Shown here piece after piece: positions 26,232 to 40,657 of a stretch of 64,000 nt of DNA. The number at the start of each line of letters is the position of its first letter. Position 1 is the stretch's first letter. The translations under genes were made by a program, and so were the position numbers. Origin of the DNA: Squalus acanthias (Eukaryota); NCBI GenBank assembly GCA_030390025.1, contig CM059432.1, positions 54,066,001-54,130,000 on the forward strand, in the 5' to 3' direction. The notes under the pieces are model-generated. The model searched no databases and was not told the origin of the DNA. It worked only from the letters and a program-made list of their open reading frames with translations.

Positions 26232-26859
26232 AAAGTATCTGAATGCTACTTGGTCATACACTTACATAGGATGACTGTTGGCATGGGCACTTGGGTGGCA
26301 CTCATCTTCCACATTCCTCTTGCCAACATGTGGCCCTTTTATATCTGCTTGCAGGAGATGGTTGCAGATGAGGGTGGGAGGTCACCTAAATTGTGACCAT
26401 TGGCCCCTTGTGAGGGGAGGGCTAGTGAGATTATATGCATAGGGGGAAATAGAAGAAGGCGAGGTCACAAGCATTCCCCAAACGCATGGCTTGGATCCTT
26501 TGCCGTAAATTCCTTATCTCCTTATTCAATCACTTATCCGCTCCCTGACATGCAGGCATACTTTGCAGCTCTGCAGCCTAACATACTGCAATATGTTGCA
26601 ATGTTACTGTCAATATTGGTAAAACATCTTCTTTCTGTTCCTCCAGGTGCCCAAGAAGAAATGGTGTCACTCTCCATTGATTAGCTCCAACTGAGCACTT
26701 CACAAGAACATGCACAACACACTCCTGCAGTGATAAACACCAACACAGATATAGCCACACTTTGGGAGTGACAATTATTGAGAGTGAGCAAGAAAACCTT
26801 TAGTTGCTGAACCCAGAGTTTAAATTCAAGACGAATGTCACCTTGCCAGCACCTTGTGC

Positions 26860-27995
26860 ATACTAGAGTTTGGGGCATCAAGGAGCCCTAGTAAAATTGA
26901 AGTCAATGGGAATCAGGGAGAAACCTCTCCACTGGCTGGAGTCATACCGAGCACAAAGGAAGATGGTTGTGGTTGTTGGAGGTCAATCATCTCAGCCCCG
27001 GGACAACGCTGCAGGAGTTCCTCAGAGCAGTGTCCCAGGCCGAACCATCTTCAGCTGCTTCATCAATGACCTTTCCTCCATCATAAGGTCTGAAGTGGGG
27101 ATGTTCGCTGATGACTGCACAGTATTCAGTTCCATTTGCAATTCCTCAGAAAATGAAGCAGTCCATGCCCGTATGCAACAAGACCTGGACGACATTCAGG
27201 CTTGGGCTGATAAGTGGCAGGTAACATTCGCGCCACACAAATGCCGGGAATGACTATCTCTAACAAACGAGAGTCTAAACACCTCCCCTTGATATTCAAC
27301 GGCTTTACCATCGCCGAATCCCCCACCATCAACATCCTGGGGGTCACCATGGACCAGCAACTTAACTGGACCAGCCACATAAATACTGTGGCAACAAAAG
27401 CAGGTCAGGGGCTAGGTATTCTGTGGCGAGTGTCTTACCTGACTCCCCAAACCCTTTCCATCATCTACAAGGCACAAGTAAGGAGTGTGATGGAATACAC
27501 TCCACTTGCCTGGATGAGTGCAGCTCCAACAACACTCAAGAAGCTCGACACCATCCAGGACAAAGCAGCCCGCTTGATCGGCACCCCATCCACCACCTTA
27601 AACATTCACTCCCTCCACCACCGGCGTACCGTGGCTGCAGTGTGTACCATCTACAAGATGCTCTGCAGCAACTCGCCAAGGCTTCTTCGGCAGCACCTCC
27701 CAAACCCGCGACCTCTACCACCTAGAAGGACAAGGGCAGCAGGTGCATGGGAACACCATCACCTGCAAGTTCCCCTCCAAGTCACACACCATCCTGATTT
27801 GATATCGCCATTCTTTCATCATCACTAGGTCAAAATCCTGGAACTCCCACCCTAACAGCATTTTGGGAGCAACTTCACCACAAGGGCTGCAGCAGTGCAA
27901 GAAGGCGGCTCAGCACCACCTTCCCAAGGGCAATTTGGGATGGGCAGTAAATGCTGACCTTGCCAGCGACGCCCACACCTCAGAACGAATTTTTA
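26860..27995 (+). mobile_element. CR1/Zenon-like LINE, RT to 3' end
   Basis: GVPQSSVPGRTIFSCFINDL, FADD, WQVTFAPHKC and YKAQVRSVMEY motifs. Confidence 0.9.
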
Positions 27996-29980
27996 AAAAG
28001 TTGGTCTACAGTTCCTCGTGCAGCATGTCACACAGCTCTGGCACTGCCTCCCTGGTGAAACACAACCTATTAAACCATTGCTGCTTTGTGAGATCCAGAT
28101 TATTAGTTTGTGACACATATATTTAGTCTGCACAATGATAGATAAGAGTCCTCCTCCTGTGATGACTCCTCACTTCCCCGGCAATCAAACATTCTTCTTC
28201 CTCCAAGCCGATGTACAGTGAGATACTGAATGGTACACCCATTGTGCTAAGGGGTTGGTGTGAGCACAGAACTTCCTCACTCTCCTTGAAAGCTGTCAGT
28301 GCAGCTCAAAAGTCAGTTTGCCACATACAATCCAAGTTGGTGCTTGTGTCTTTAAAGTACTAAGGACTGAATGCAAACAAACCAGAACATCCATTTTATA
28401 GGGGCGCTCTGTGCAGATGATTTGCAACCAGTATTTTTTAAAAGAAATAGATAAGCAGGCCACATTGATATCAATTCCAGCTTCCTTGTAAATCATTTGT
28501 GTGACAGCGCCTCTTTGAGACACAGGCCCCGATATGTATACACAGCAACAGCGGCGTTGATTCTCACAGGTACACAGGTAGCGTGCTGAGTCACTGTTCA
28601 ACAGGATCGGGACAATCATGGCCGTGCTTATGGGATTCATCGGAAGCCTCGGCACATATGACCGAGCTCATGAACCATTCAGTTCTTCCATTGAGATGTT
28701 TTTTAAGGCCAATAACATTATTGAGACCGAAGGTGCAGATGAGAATGTTCTAGCTCAAAATAAAGTAATTTGTGAATGTAAAAATGAAATTTTTCTAACG
28801 GAGATCGGGCCAGATGTCTACGGAACGTTGACAAACCTACTCGTGCCAGGGAAAGCAAAGGATGCGTCATTTGCTGACATTGTCGAGAAACTCGAGGACC
28901 ATTTCGACCCAAAGCCATTAGAAATAGCAGAGAGCTATAAGTTTGGTACCAGAAACAAAAACAAAGTGAAACCATCAGTGAGTACATTGTAGCTCTTAAA
29001 AACTTGTCTTTGCATTGTAACTTCGGCACATTTTTGGATCGTGCGTTGAGATAAGTTTGTGTGTGGACTGGTGGATGAGTGCATACAGTCCAAGTTACTG
29101 AACACTCCAAACCTAACATTTGACATGGCATGCAAAATTGCCCTATCTATGGAGATGGCATCTAAGAATGCTAGGGAGCTTCGTCCAACTCAAGTGACTA
29201 GTGCAGCTGAGGTCTACAGTCACAAAGCCACCGGCAAACCTAAAGTTGTGAGACCAAGTGAAGAGCATGTCGGTGAGAGCAGTTCAGTGAATTGTTATTG
29301 CTGTAATGGAAATCACTCACCATAGTCCTGCCAATACAGAAATGTGAAGTGTTTTCACTGCCAGAAGCAAGGCCATATTTCAACAGCTTGCAGAGCTAGA
29401 TTAAAAGCAGGAAGTAAGAACCATTCTAGTGGCAATGCAAAGCAGTGACAACAAAAGGGATGAATTCACAATATTGAAGTGAATACACCTGATGTTGAAG
29501 AACTAGGCATCGACAGTATCTATGCCACTAGCGGCAATGCTAGCAGTCATGAGAAAGACTTCCGTACAATACTTTTGATCAATGTTCAACACAGCGGTAG
29601 ACTGTTCTATCATGAGTAAGGACACATAGAGTAAGTTTAATCAAGTACCACTTACAAAGAGTACCGTAAAGTTAAAAACCTACTCCGGAGAAATCCGAGA
29701 GCCATGTGGACAAATGGAATGTACAGTTCAGCACAATGGCCAGTCAGTAAAGCTGCCTATATTCTAGTGAGCTACAACAACAGGCCAATCCTCATGGGCA
29801 AAGACTGGTTGAGAAAGTTAAAACTAGACTGGAAAAATATCTTCAGTGTAGATGCTTCAAAGAAGCGACTCAACACAATGCTGAACAAGTATAAAAGCAT
29901 GTTCACAGACAGTTATGAGGGCATCACTGGGTATAATGCGCATATCTGCATCAAGTCCAACGTGAAGCCTATCTATCATA

Positions 29981-30432
29981 GTGTCAGCTGTGGCTCAGTT
30001 GGTAGCACCCTTGTCTCTGAGTCAGAAGGTTGTGGGTTCAAGTCCCACTCCAGAACTTGAGCACATATAGCTGGACTGACACTCCTGTGCAGTACTGAGG
30101 GGGTGCTGCCTTTTGGATGAGACGTTAAACTGAGGCCCCGTCTACTCTGTCAGGTGGATGTAAAAGATCCCATGGCACTATTTTGAAGAAGAGTAGGGGA
30201 GTTATCCCCGATGTCCTGGCCAATATTTATCCCTCAACCAACATAACAAAATCAGATTATCTGGTCATTATCACATTGCTGTTTGTGGGACCTTGCTGTG
30301 TGCAAATTGGCTGCCGCGTTTCCTACATTACAACAGCAACTCCACTTCAAAAGTACTTCATTGACTGTAAAGCGCTTTGAGATGTCCGGTGGACATGAAA
30401 GGCGCTATATAAATGCAAGTCTTTCTTTCTTT
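29981..30432 (+). mobile_element. tRNA-derived Deu-domain SINE (SacSINE1-like)
   Basis: A box TGGCTCAGTTGG, B box GGTTCAAGTCC, central gatgagacgttaaac domain, L2-type tail + (CTTT)n; Gypsy pol reads KPIY|CKTRPVPY across it. Confidence 0.88.
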
Positions 30433-30801
30433 TATTGTAAGACAAGGCCGGTCCCCTATGTGTTGAAAAGTCAGGTGGAGGAAGAGCTAGAGAAACTGAG
30501 AGAGAACGGAGTGCTAGTAAAAACTGACAAAAGTGAATGGGCTACCCCGACTGTGATAGTGCCCAAAGCAGACAAAACTATACGCTTGTGTGGTGACTAC
30601 AAAATTACTATCAACCAAGCAGTTGACGATGAGCAGTACCCATTACCTACATCGCAAGATTTGTATGCATCTCTCTCTGGGTCAAAGGTTTTCTCTAAGC
30701 TTGACCTGTTGCACGCTTATGCTCAGCAGAATGTTGACAAAGATAGTCAACAGTATCTCACTATCAACACACACAAAGGACTGTAAAGTCATAGAATCAT
30801 A

Positions 30802-31686
30802 GGGGGAAAAATTCGGTTGCTTTGCGCCTCCCGTTAGCGCCCTAAGAGGGTGCGAATGGGGCGCAAAGCAACTAGTGCCCGGGCGTGGCGATGTTTGCGC
30901 CGCTCGCGAAATTGACCAGACATTTTGTGGTGGCGCTAAACACTACCGACACGATCTCCTGCACCCGCAGATCGTGACGTCAGTCGAGCGTGCAACGCCC
31001 CGGACCGGATATTGAGTGGCGCCCCCTGCCTTACTGCCTGCTGCTAGCAAAGTCAGGTTGAGGGGAGCGTTTTACAGTCGGGAAGGGACTGGGGGAGCAC
31101 TATTTAAAGGTGACCGCTTCCTGCCTTTTTTTGTCGGCGACATTTTTGCACCACGCATTCTGAGAGAGAGAGAGAGAGAGAGACTTCTGGTGAGATTTAA
31201 CACTGTGTGAAGGAGTTTTGGGTACTGAGCAGCACTTTGCAGGTTCATTTTGATTTGACCTTCCTTGCATCGATTTAGAAGAGACTATGTAGACTGCACT
31301 CTGAGCTCTTTCCCTGGGCCTCTCCATTGTTCTTTCCAGCAGATTTGATGTATAGGTCTCTCCAGGCCGAGATTCAAGGCTGCAATGAGCAGGGTGTGGA
31401 TGGAGAGCAAGATCAACCCTTCCCTTTAAGAACTGGCCGGCGCCAGTGTGTCTGTGTTCCATTGCTTACTGACATCACATGAGCTTCGCCAGCGCTCTGA
31501 GGTAGCGCCTCGCTCCTCAGCATTAGCACCAAGAGAGGTGTGTAGCACCTGATTTAGCACTCCAATCACCTCCAGGGGCGATAGAGGCCAAGTTTGCAGT
31601 TGGAGGCGATAATTAGCGCCAGGCGCTAAACTTTGCGCCCAGCCGATAATTGCGCCCCAAACGGGGCGATACCGAATTTCTCCCCC
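30802..31686. mobile_element. PIF/Harbinger MITE inside a short CR1 3' end (about 30787-31765)
   Basis: TIRs GGGGGAAAAATTCGG / CCGAATTTCTCCCCC, ATA TSD within a tcatag tail; second copy in the opposite orientation at 43350-44248. Confidence 0.92.
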
Positions 31687-34600
31687 ATAGAGTCATAACG
31701 GCACAGAAGGAGGCCATTCAGCCCATCGAGTCCGTGCCAGCTCTCTGCAGAGCAATCCAGTTGGGCCCTAAACTTAACAGTAGAACTCATACACCAAGCT
31801 GCCGTATGGTGTAAAGTCCTCCCCCAAAATCTTCCAGGCTACGATGGATAAGATTTTGCAAGGAATTCAAAATTGCTTATGCAATCAAGACGCTGTGTTG
31901 ATCGCAACAAGCAGTGAGGAAGAAAATCTAGAAATATTAGATTTAGTGCTTCAAAGGTTGAATTCCCACAATGTCAAATTGAAAAGGAGCAAATGTGCTT
32001 TTGTGCAGCCCAAGGTTGTGTACCTTGGTCTGAAAGTTGATGCAAAGGGCTTACAACTAGTTAAGGAAAAGGTTGATGCTGTCATCAATGCTCCAAAGCC
32101 ACAGAACATGTCTGAGTTAAAATCTTTCCTTGGAATGGTCCAGTACTATGCACGTTTCTTAGCTGAGTTAGCGACCATGTTAGCTCCATTGCAGGAGCAC
32201 CTCAAGAAGGATGTCCAGTGGAAGTGGACAAATGCGCAACAGGAAGCTTACGACGCTTGTAAGAGAAGTCATGGTCATAGTCATAGAGTTACACAGCACA
32301 GAAAGAGGCCCTTCGGCCCATCGTGTCTGCGCCGGCCATCAAGCCCTGTCTATTCTAATCCCATTTTCCAGCACTTGGTCCGTAGCCTTGTATGCTATGG
32401 CATTTCAAGTGCTCATCTCAATGCTTCATGAATGTTGTGAGGGTTCCTGCCTCTACCACCCTTTCAGGCAGTGAGTTCCAGATTCCAACCACCCTCTGGG
32501 TGAAAAAGTTTTTCCTCAAATCCCCTCTAAACCTCCTGCCTCTTACCTTGAAACTATGCCCCCTGGTTATTGACCCCGTCTACTAAGGGGAAAAGTTCCT
32601 TTCTATCTACCCTATCTATGCCCCTCATAATTTTGTACACCTCAATCAGATCCCCCCTCAGCCTTCTCTGCTCTAAGGAAAACAACCCCAGCCTGTCCAG
32701 TCTCTCTTCATAGCTGAAGCGCTCCAGCCCAGATAACATCCTGGTGAATCTCATCTGCACCCTCTCCAATGCAATCACATCCCTCCTATAGTGTGGCGAC
32801 CAGAGCTGCACACAGTATTCCAGCTGTGGCCTAACTAGCGTTTTGTACAGCTCCATCATAACCTCCCTGCTCTGATATTCTATGCCTCGGCTGATGAAGG
32901 CAAGTATCCCATATGGCATTTTAACCACCTTATCTACCTGTCCTGCTGCCTTCAGGGATCTATGTACATGCACACCAAGGTCTCTCTGATCCTCTGTCCT
33001 TCCCAGGGTCCTACCATTCATTGTGTATTCCCTTGCCTTGTTAGTCCTCCCAAAATGCATCACCTCACACTTTTCAGGGTTAAATTCCATTTGCCACTGT
33101 TCTGCCCATCTAACCAACCCGTCTATATCGTCCTGTAGCCTGAGGCTTCCCTCCTCGCTATTTACCACTCCACCAATTTTTGTGTCATCTGCGAACTTAC
33201 TGATCATACCTCCTACATTCATATCACAGGGTTCCAGTCACAAAAACAACCTTCGACCATCACCCTCTGCCTCCTGCCACTAAGCCAATTTTGGATCCAA
33301 TGTGCCAAATTGCCCTGGATCCCATAGGCTCTTACCTTCTTGACCAGTCTCCCATGCGGGACTTTGTCAAAAGCCTTACTGAAGTCCATGTAGACTACAT
33401 CAACTGCACTACCCTCATCCACACACCTAGTCACCCCCTCGAAAAATTCAATCAAATTGGTTAGACATGATCTCCCCCTGACAAAGCCATGCTGACGATT
33501 CTTGATTAATCCTTGCCTCTCCAAGTGGAGACTAATTCTGTCCCTCAGAATTGTTTCCAATAATTTCCTTACCACTGATGTTAGGCTCACTGGCCTGTAA
33601 TTCCCTGGTTTATCCCTACTACCCTTCTTGAATAATGGTACTACGTTAACTGTTCTCCAGTCCTCTGGCACCTCCCCTGTGGCCAGAGAGGTTCTGAAAA
33701 TTTGTGTCAGAGCCCCTGCAATCTCTTCCCTTGCCTCACACAGCAGCCTGGGATACATCTCGTCAGGGCCTGTGGATTTTTCCACTTTTAAGCCCGCTAA
33801 AACCGCTAGTACCTCCTCCCTCTCAATACTAATTAGTTCAAGTATATCACAATCCCGCTGCCTGATTTCTATGCCTCCATCGTCCTTCTCCATAGTGAAC
33901 ACAGATGCAAAATATTCATTTAAAACCTCACCTACATCTTCCGGCTCTACACACAGATTGCCACTTTGGTCCCTAATGGGCCCTACTCTTTCCCTAGTTA
34001 TCCTCTTGCCCTTAATATACTTATAAAACACCTTGGGATTTTCCTTTATTTTGCCTGCCAATGTTTTTTCATGCCCCCTCTTCGCTCTCCTAATTTTTTT
34101 TTTAAGTACCCCCCTGCACTTTCTATACTCCTCTAGGGCTTCCACTGTTTTTAGTCCTTTGTATCTGCCAAAAGCCTCCCTTTTTTTCCTAATCCATTCT
34201 TGTATATCCCTTGACATCCAGGTTCCCTGGGTTTGTTGGTCCCACCCTTGACCTTTACGGGAACATGTTGGCATTGTACTCTCTCTATTTCCTTTCTGAA
34301 AGACTCCCACTGCTCTGATGTGGATTTTCCTACAAGTAGTTGATCCCAGTCCACTTTGGCCAGATCCTGCCTCATCATATTAAAATTGGCCTTCCCCCAA
34401 TTTAGAACCTTTATTTCCGGTCCATCTTTGTCCTTTTCCATGACTACCTTAAATCTCACCCAATGATGGTCACTGTCACCAAAATGCTCTCCTACTGACA
34501 CTTCTACCACTTGCCCGGCTACATTCCCTAGAATTAGGTCCAGTACCGCCCCCTCTCTTGTAGGACTTTCTACATGCTGGCTCAAAAAGCTCTCCTGGAT

Positions 34601-36722
34601 GCACTTTAAGAATTCTGCACCCTCTAAGCCTTTCACACTCTGATTATCCCAGTTAATATTGGGGAAGTTGAAATCCCCTACTATTATTACCCTATTATTT
34701 CTACACTTCTCTGAGATTTGCCTACATATGTGTTCCTCTATCTCCCCCTGACTGTTTGGGGGCCTATAATACACTCCCAGCAAAGTGCTTGCCCCCTTTT
34801 TGTTTTTAAGTTCTACCCATATGGCCTCACTAGAGGAACCTACTAAGATATCATCCTTCCTTACAGCAGTAATTGACTCCTTGATTAATATTGCGACACC
34901 CCCACTCTTTTACACCCCCCTCTGTCTCACCCGAAGATTCTATACCCCGGAATATTGAGCTGCCAGTCCTGCCCCTCCCTCAACCATGCCTCTGTGATGG
35001 CAACAATATCATACTCCCATGTGCTCATCAACACCTTCAATTCATCTGCCTTACTCGCAAGACTCCTTGCATTAAAATAAATGCCATCCAGCCTTGCCAT
35101 ACTCCCTTGTGCCATTACATATTTGCTCTGCCTTCCAGGCTGACTTGTTTTTTTCCTCTATATTTAGCTGTGCATCACCCTCTACTATAGCTCCACTCCG
35201 TATCCCATCCCCCTGCCAAGTTAGTTTAAACCCCCCCCCAACAGTACTAGCAAACCTCCCCGCAAGGATGCTGGTCCCGTTCCGGTTCAGGTGCAACCCG
35301 TCCGACTTGTACAGGTCCCACCTTCCCCAGAAGCAGACCCAGTGATCCAGGAAACTAAAGCCCTCCCTCCTGCACCAACTCTTTAGCTGCACATTCATCT
35401 GCTCTATCCTTCTATTCCTATACTCACTAGTACGCGGCACCGGGAGTAATCCAGAGATTACAACCTTTGAGGTCCTGCTTTTTAATCTGCTACCTAGCTC
35501 CCTAAATTCTTGTTGCAGGACCTCATCCCTCTTTCTACCCATGTCATTGGTACCAATGTGAACCATGACCTCTGACTGTTCACCCTCCCCCTTCAGAATG
35601 CCCTGCAGCTGTTCAGTGACATCCTTGACCCTGGCACCAGGGAGGCAACATACCATCCTGGAGTCACGTCTGTGGCCACAGAATCATCTATCTGTTCCCC
35701 TTACGATGGAATCCCCTATCACTATTGCTCTCCCACTCTTTTTCCTCCCCTCTTGTGCAGCTGAGCCACTCGTAGTGCCACGGACTTGGCTCTTGCTGCA
35801 TTCCCCTGCAAAATCATCTCCCCCATCAGTATCCAAAACAGAAAATCTGTTGGAGAGGGACCCATGGGACTCCTGCACTACCTTCTTAGTTCTTTTACTC
35901 TGTCTGGTGGTCATCCATTTCCTGTCTGCCTGTGCACTCTTTACCTGCGGTGTGACCACCTCATTAAACGTGCTATCCACGAAGATCTCAGCTTCGCGGA
36001 TGCTCCACAGTGACTCCAGCCGCAGCTCCAGCTCCGAAACACGGATTTCGAGTAGCTGCAGCTGGAGACACTTCCTGCACATGTATTCGCCCTGGACACC
36101 TAAAGTGTCCCTGACTTCCCACATAGCACTGGAGGAGCACTCCACACTGCCGAGCTGCCCTGCCATGTCCTACCCTTAATTTACTCCCTTTACTTCCTTT
36201 AAATTAAAGAATATTTAATACACTAGGGACCTTACTTCCCTTTAAACACTACTTACTCTAAACTAGAGACCTTACTTTTACTTTAACGACTGGACTGTAG
36301 AAATACTCACCAGGTCCTACTTACCAATCAGCTCCTTCCCTGGTTGTGACGTCACTTTAGCGGTTTCACAGTTGTTGTTGTTTGACTGCTCCCGCTCTAG
36401 GACTCTTTCCTACAAGGTGAAAAGTTAGGAAAAACAAAGGCGAATCAAGAGAGCTCCTCTTTCCACTCCTCACCTAACTCCCTGACTCCCCCAACTCACA
36501 GCACTCTGTTTAAACCGTACTCAGTGCAAAATCACTCTGCAAAGCCTGTTTTGATAGGCCCTGAAACAAAGGAGCTTGCTGTGTTCTGCTACAGGATAAC
36601 CAGTTTAATCTAGTTTCCCTAATTAACTGCCTTCAGCTGCTCTGAATTGTAGGCCTTGTACTCTTTTTGAGTCAACATAAAACGACTGTAAATTAACAAA
36701 ACTTCAAATGAAACTTTTCTCA

Positions 36723-39700
36723 TTAAACTAAAATAACATTGTCCGGGGAGACGATGCACTCCAGTCCCTGCGGCACCCACCGGTCTCGGAAGGCTTCAAG
36801 TGTGCCGGCGGACACCGCGTGCTCCATCTCCAGGGCCACCCAGGCGCGAACATAGCCGCGGAAGAGAGGCAGGCAATTGGGCCGAACGACCCCCTCGACC
36901 GCCCGCTGCCTGGACCTGTTAATGGCCACTTTGGCCAGGCCCAGGAGCAGTCCTACGAGGAGGTCCTCCGACCTGCCCTCTCCCCTCCACACCGGGTGAC
37001 CATAGATCAGGAGCGTGGGACTGAAGTGCAACCAAAAAGTGAGGAGCAGCCCCTTCAAATATTCAAAGAGGGGCTGCAACCTCTCACATTGTACGTACAC
37101 GTGGAACACGGAGTCCTCGAGGCTGCAAAAAAGACAGGCGGCCTGGGAGTCTGTGAACCTACTTAAAAACTGATTGCATGGGACTGCTCCGTGCAACACC
37201 CTCCAGGCCAAGTCCGCAATAGAAAAGGGGAGGACTCCCGCGTAGAGAGCCCTCCATTGGGGACCTTCGCCTCTGCCGGACGGCAAAATGGCACGCCAAG
37301 GCGTGTCTGGACGGCAGGCGAAGATGACAAAGTGGAAAGTGTGCAGGAACAGCCCATACAGGGAACCCCTCCGTGCAGAACTGAAGGGCACGGAGGGCAT
37401 TTCCCCGAGACGGCTCAAGTTGTGAGGCGCCGGTTCCCGAGAGGGGTTTCGGGGCCGTGCGCCGATGAGGAATTCCGTCCGAACGGAGGTCAGTTCGGAC
37501 GGGATCGCCCCACGTGCTTGAGCCTCCTCGATACACCTAGTGGAGTCCGGGCCCAGTGCCACTTTCAGCGACTCGATGGCTTTGGTCGCGCGCCAGACGT
37601 TGACCCAGGAGAGGCGCCGCGCCAACTCCTCCGGCGCCATCCAGCCCGCTCCTCCACCATCGAACAGGTCCCCGACTCTGGTCACCGTGCCAGGCACAGC
37701 CCTGCCCTCCGCCAGCCACCCGATCCGTCGGACGTGGAGGTGCGGATTCCTGAGCAGCGGCTCCCGAAGGAGAGCCGCCACTCCTGACGGGGGAGAACTC
37801 CGCCTGGAGGTGACCTGGTTCCAGACCCATAGCAGTTCCTGGTAGAAGACAGGCAGCTGCCACAGGTAGGCTCGCGTGCGGCCCAATTCCACAAACAGGA
37901 GCTGCGTGTCATAGTTGAGGCCGTGCATCTGGCGGAAGAAATACATCGCCAGCGCACACCATCTGGGAGGATTCTTGACGTAAAGGTACCTCTGCAGCGT
38001 CTGAAGACGGAAAGTCGCCGCCTGGATGCGAAGGCACACCAGCGCCTGACCGCCCTCCCTAAGCGGGAGACACAGAACCGCGGCAGAGACCCAGTGCTTC
38101 CTTTTGTCCCAGAAGAAGTCGATGAGCATCTTCTGTATCTTGGCGACAAACGCAGGGGGCGGGATCAAAGTGACCAACTGGTACCACAACATGGCGGCCA
38201 CCAGCTGGTTTATGACCAGCGCTCGACCCCTGTAGGACAACACTCAGAGCAACCCCGTCCAGCGTCCTAGGCGAGCGGTGACTTTGGCCTCTAGCTCTTG
38301 CCAGTTCGCCGGCCAGGTGTCCTCGGCCAGGCCGAGGTAGACTCCCAAGTAGAGGAGGTGCGTTGTGCTCCAGGCGAAGGGCCTGAACTCCTCCGGCAGG
38401 GAGTCCACCCGCCACTGGCCCACCAGGAGTCCAGAACATTTCTCCCAGTTGATCCTGGCGGAGGATGCGTCCGAGTAAATCTGCTGGCATTCTCGCATCC
38501 TCCGCAAGTCGACGGGATCCGTGACCATAAGGAGCACGTCATCGGCATAAGCCGAGAGGACGACTTCCACGCCCGGCCCTTGCAGAGCCAGTCCCGTCAA
38601 CCTCTTCCGCAAGAGGCGCAGGAAAGGCTCCACGCAAACGGCGTATAACTGACCGGACATGGGGCATCCCTGACGCACCCCCCTCCCGAAGCGAAGGGGC
38701 GCCGTCAAAGACCCATTGACTTTTATCAGACACTCAGCGGCGGCGTACAGAAGTCGGATCCGGGCGACGAAATGCGTCCCGAACCCGAATGCGCGCAGAG
38801 TTCCGAAAAGATACTCGTGATCCACCCTGTCGAACGCCTTCTCCTGATCCAGGGAAAGGAAGGCGACCGACAGACCAGCCCTCTGGGATAGGGTGGACCA
38901 GGTCCTGGACCAGATGGATGTTGTCGTGGATTGTCCGGCCCGGGACCGTGTAGGACTGGTCGGGGTGGATCATGTGGGCCAGCACGGTGCTGAGGCGGGC
39001 AGACATGGCCCTGGCGAAAATTTTATAGTCCGTGCTGAGGAGGGAGACCGGGCGCCAGTTTTTTAAAAGGCGGAGATCACCCCTCTTGGGCAGCAGGACG
39101 ATGACCACCCTGCGCCAAGAGAGGGGCATCTCCCCCCGGTCGCCAGACTTTCCCCCAGGACCCGCGCGTAGTCGCCCCCCAAGACGTCCCAGAACGCCCT
39201 GTGGAACTCCACGGTCAGCCCGTCCAGCCCCGAGGACTTTCCCCTCGAGAGCTGGCCGAGGACGCCGGTCAGCTCCGCCAAGCTTAGCGGAGCGTCCAAT
39301 TCTTCGGCGCCCTCCGGGCCGACCTTCGGCAGGTCCTCCCACAAAACTCTGCGCGCATCCTCGCTGGACGGATCCGAAGAGAACAGAGCCCCGTAATAGG
39401 CCCGGGCCTCCGCGCTGATTGTTCCGGATCCGAGACCAGAGATCCGTCGTCGGCCAGCAGCCCGAAGAGCTGCTTACGGACCCCTTGTCTTTTTTCCAGC
39501 GAGTAGAAGAAGGGGGAGCCGCGGTCCAGTTCCCGGAGGAACTGGATCCGCGACCTCACGTACGCGCCTCGGGACCCGACCAGTTGCAGGTCCTTCAGCG
39601 CGCCCTTCTTCTCTTCGTACACCTTCCGCAGGGCCGGGTCTTCGACGACTTTACTGAGACGGGACTCCAGGTCGAGCACCTCCCTCTCCAACCGCCCGAC

Positions 39701-40644
39701 CCGGGCCTCCCGCCTCTTGGTCGACCCCCTCGCGTACTCTTGACAGAAGAGACGGACGTGAGCCTTGCCCACGTCCCACCATAGCCTCAAGGAGGGGAAG
39801 CCCCCCTGCTTCCTTCTCCAGTCGGCCCAGAACCGACGAAACGAATCCCGGAACCGCTCGTCCTCCAGCAGCAGGTTGTTAAAATGCCAGTACGCGGACC
39901 CCCCCCGGCGCCCGCAACGGAGCGAGCTCCGCCCACACCAGGTGGTGGTCCGTGCACGGCACCGGCCGCATGGAAGCCACCAGAACACAGGAGATGTACG
40001 CCCGGGAAATATAAAGGCGGTCGATTCTGGACCTTCCTCCTCAGAACCCCACCCAAGTGAAGGCGCTGGAGTCGGGATGGAGATTTCGCCAGACATCCAC
40101 CAAGTCGAGGGACCCGACCAGGTCCCTCAACTTCACCGTCGCTGCCAGGCTTCGCGGGGGACCGGAACGGTCCCTCGCCTCGAGGGTACAATTGAAATCC
40201 CCCCCGAGGATGACGCACTCGCCGACGTCGATGGTGCCCAGAAGAGCGGACACTTCTTCGAAGAAGTGCACTTGCTGCGCACTGGCCTGGGGGGCATACA
40301 TGTTCACTAAATGGAGCGGCACGCCCCCCCAGGCGAACAGTGACCTGGAGCAAGCCGCCCGGCACATGCTCCTTGACCCCCAAGATCTCCGGCTGAAAAT
40401 GCGGGGCCAGCAAGATAGCCACCCCGCTGGAAATGTTGGAGAGGTGACTCATGTTGACCCCTCCTCGCCACTCCAGGAGCCACATGGCCTGGTCTCCCAG
40501 AACGGTGTGAGTTTCCTGCAGGAAGCACACCGCATGCCTCCCTTCCCGAAGGACCGAGAAGTTATTAAATCTACGGCGTGCCTCTCTGCTGCCGTTGATG
40601 TTGAGGCTGGCTATGGTTATCTTCATGACAAGAGCATAGTGCAA
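36723..40644 (-). pseudogene. Tx1 ORF2: APE endonuclease - reverse transcriptase - CCHC (several frameshifts)
   Basis: KITIASLNING, FLQETH, GGDFN, WRPVSLLSTDYKI, GRGVRQGCPMSG, YADD and CLFCSLEDSVFHVYVQC motifs spread over several ORF pieces. Confidence 0.92.
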
Positions 40645-40657
40645 CCTCTACCTAACC

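Noticed and set aside
28300..28617. Expected 5' LTR and PBS of the Gypsy element
   Set aside because: No copy of the TGTAATATA...TATATTACA LTR and no TGG-starting PBS found upstream of gag.
29981..30055. tRNA-like sequence with A and B boxes
   Set aside because: It is the head of a SINE that continues into the Deu domain and L2 tail, not a tRNA gene.
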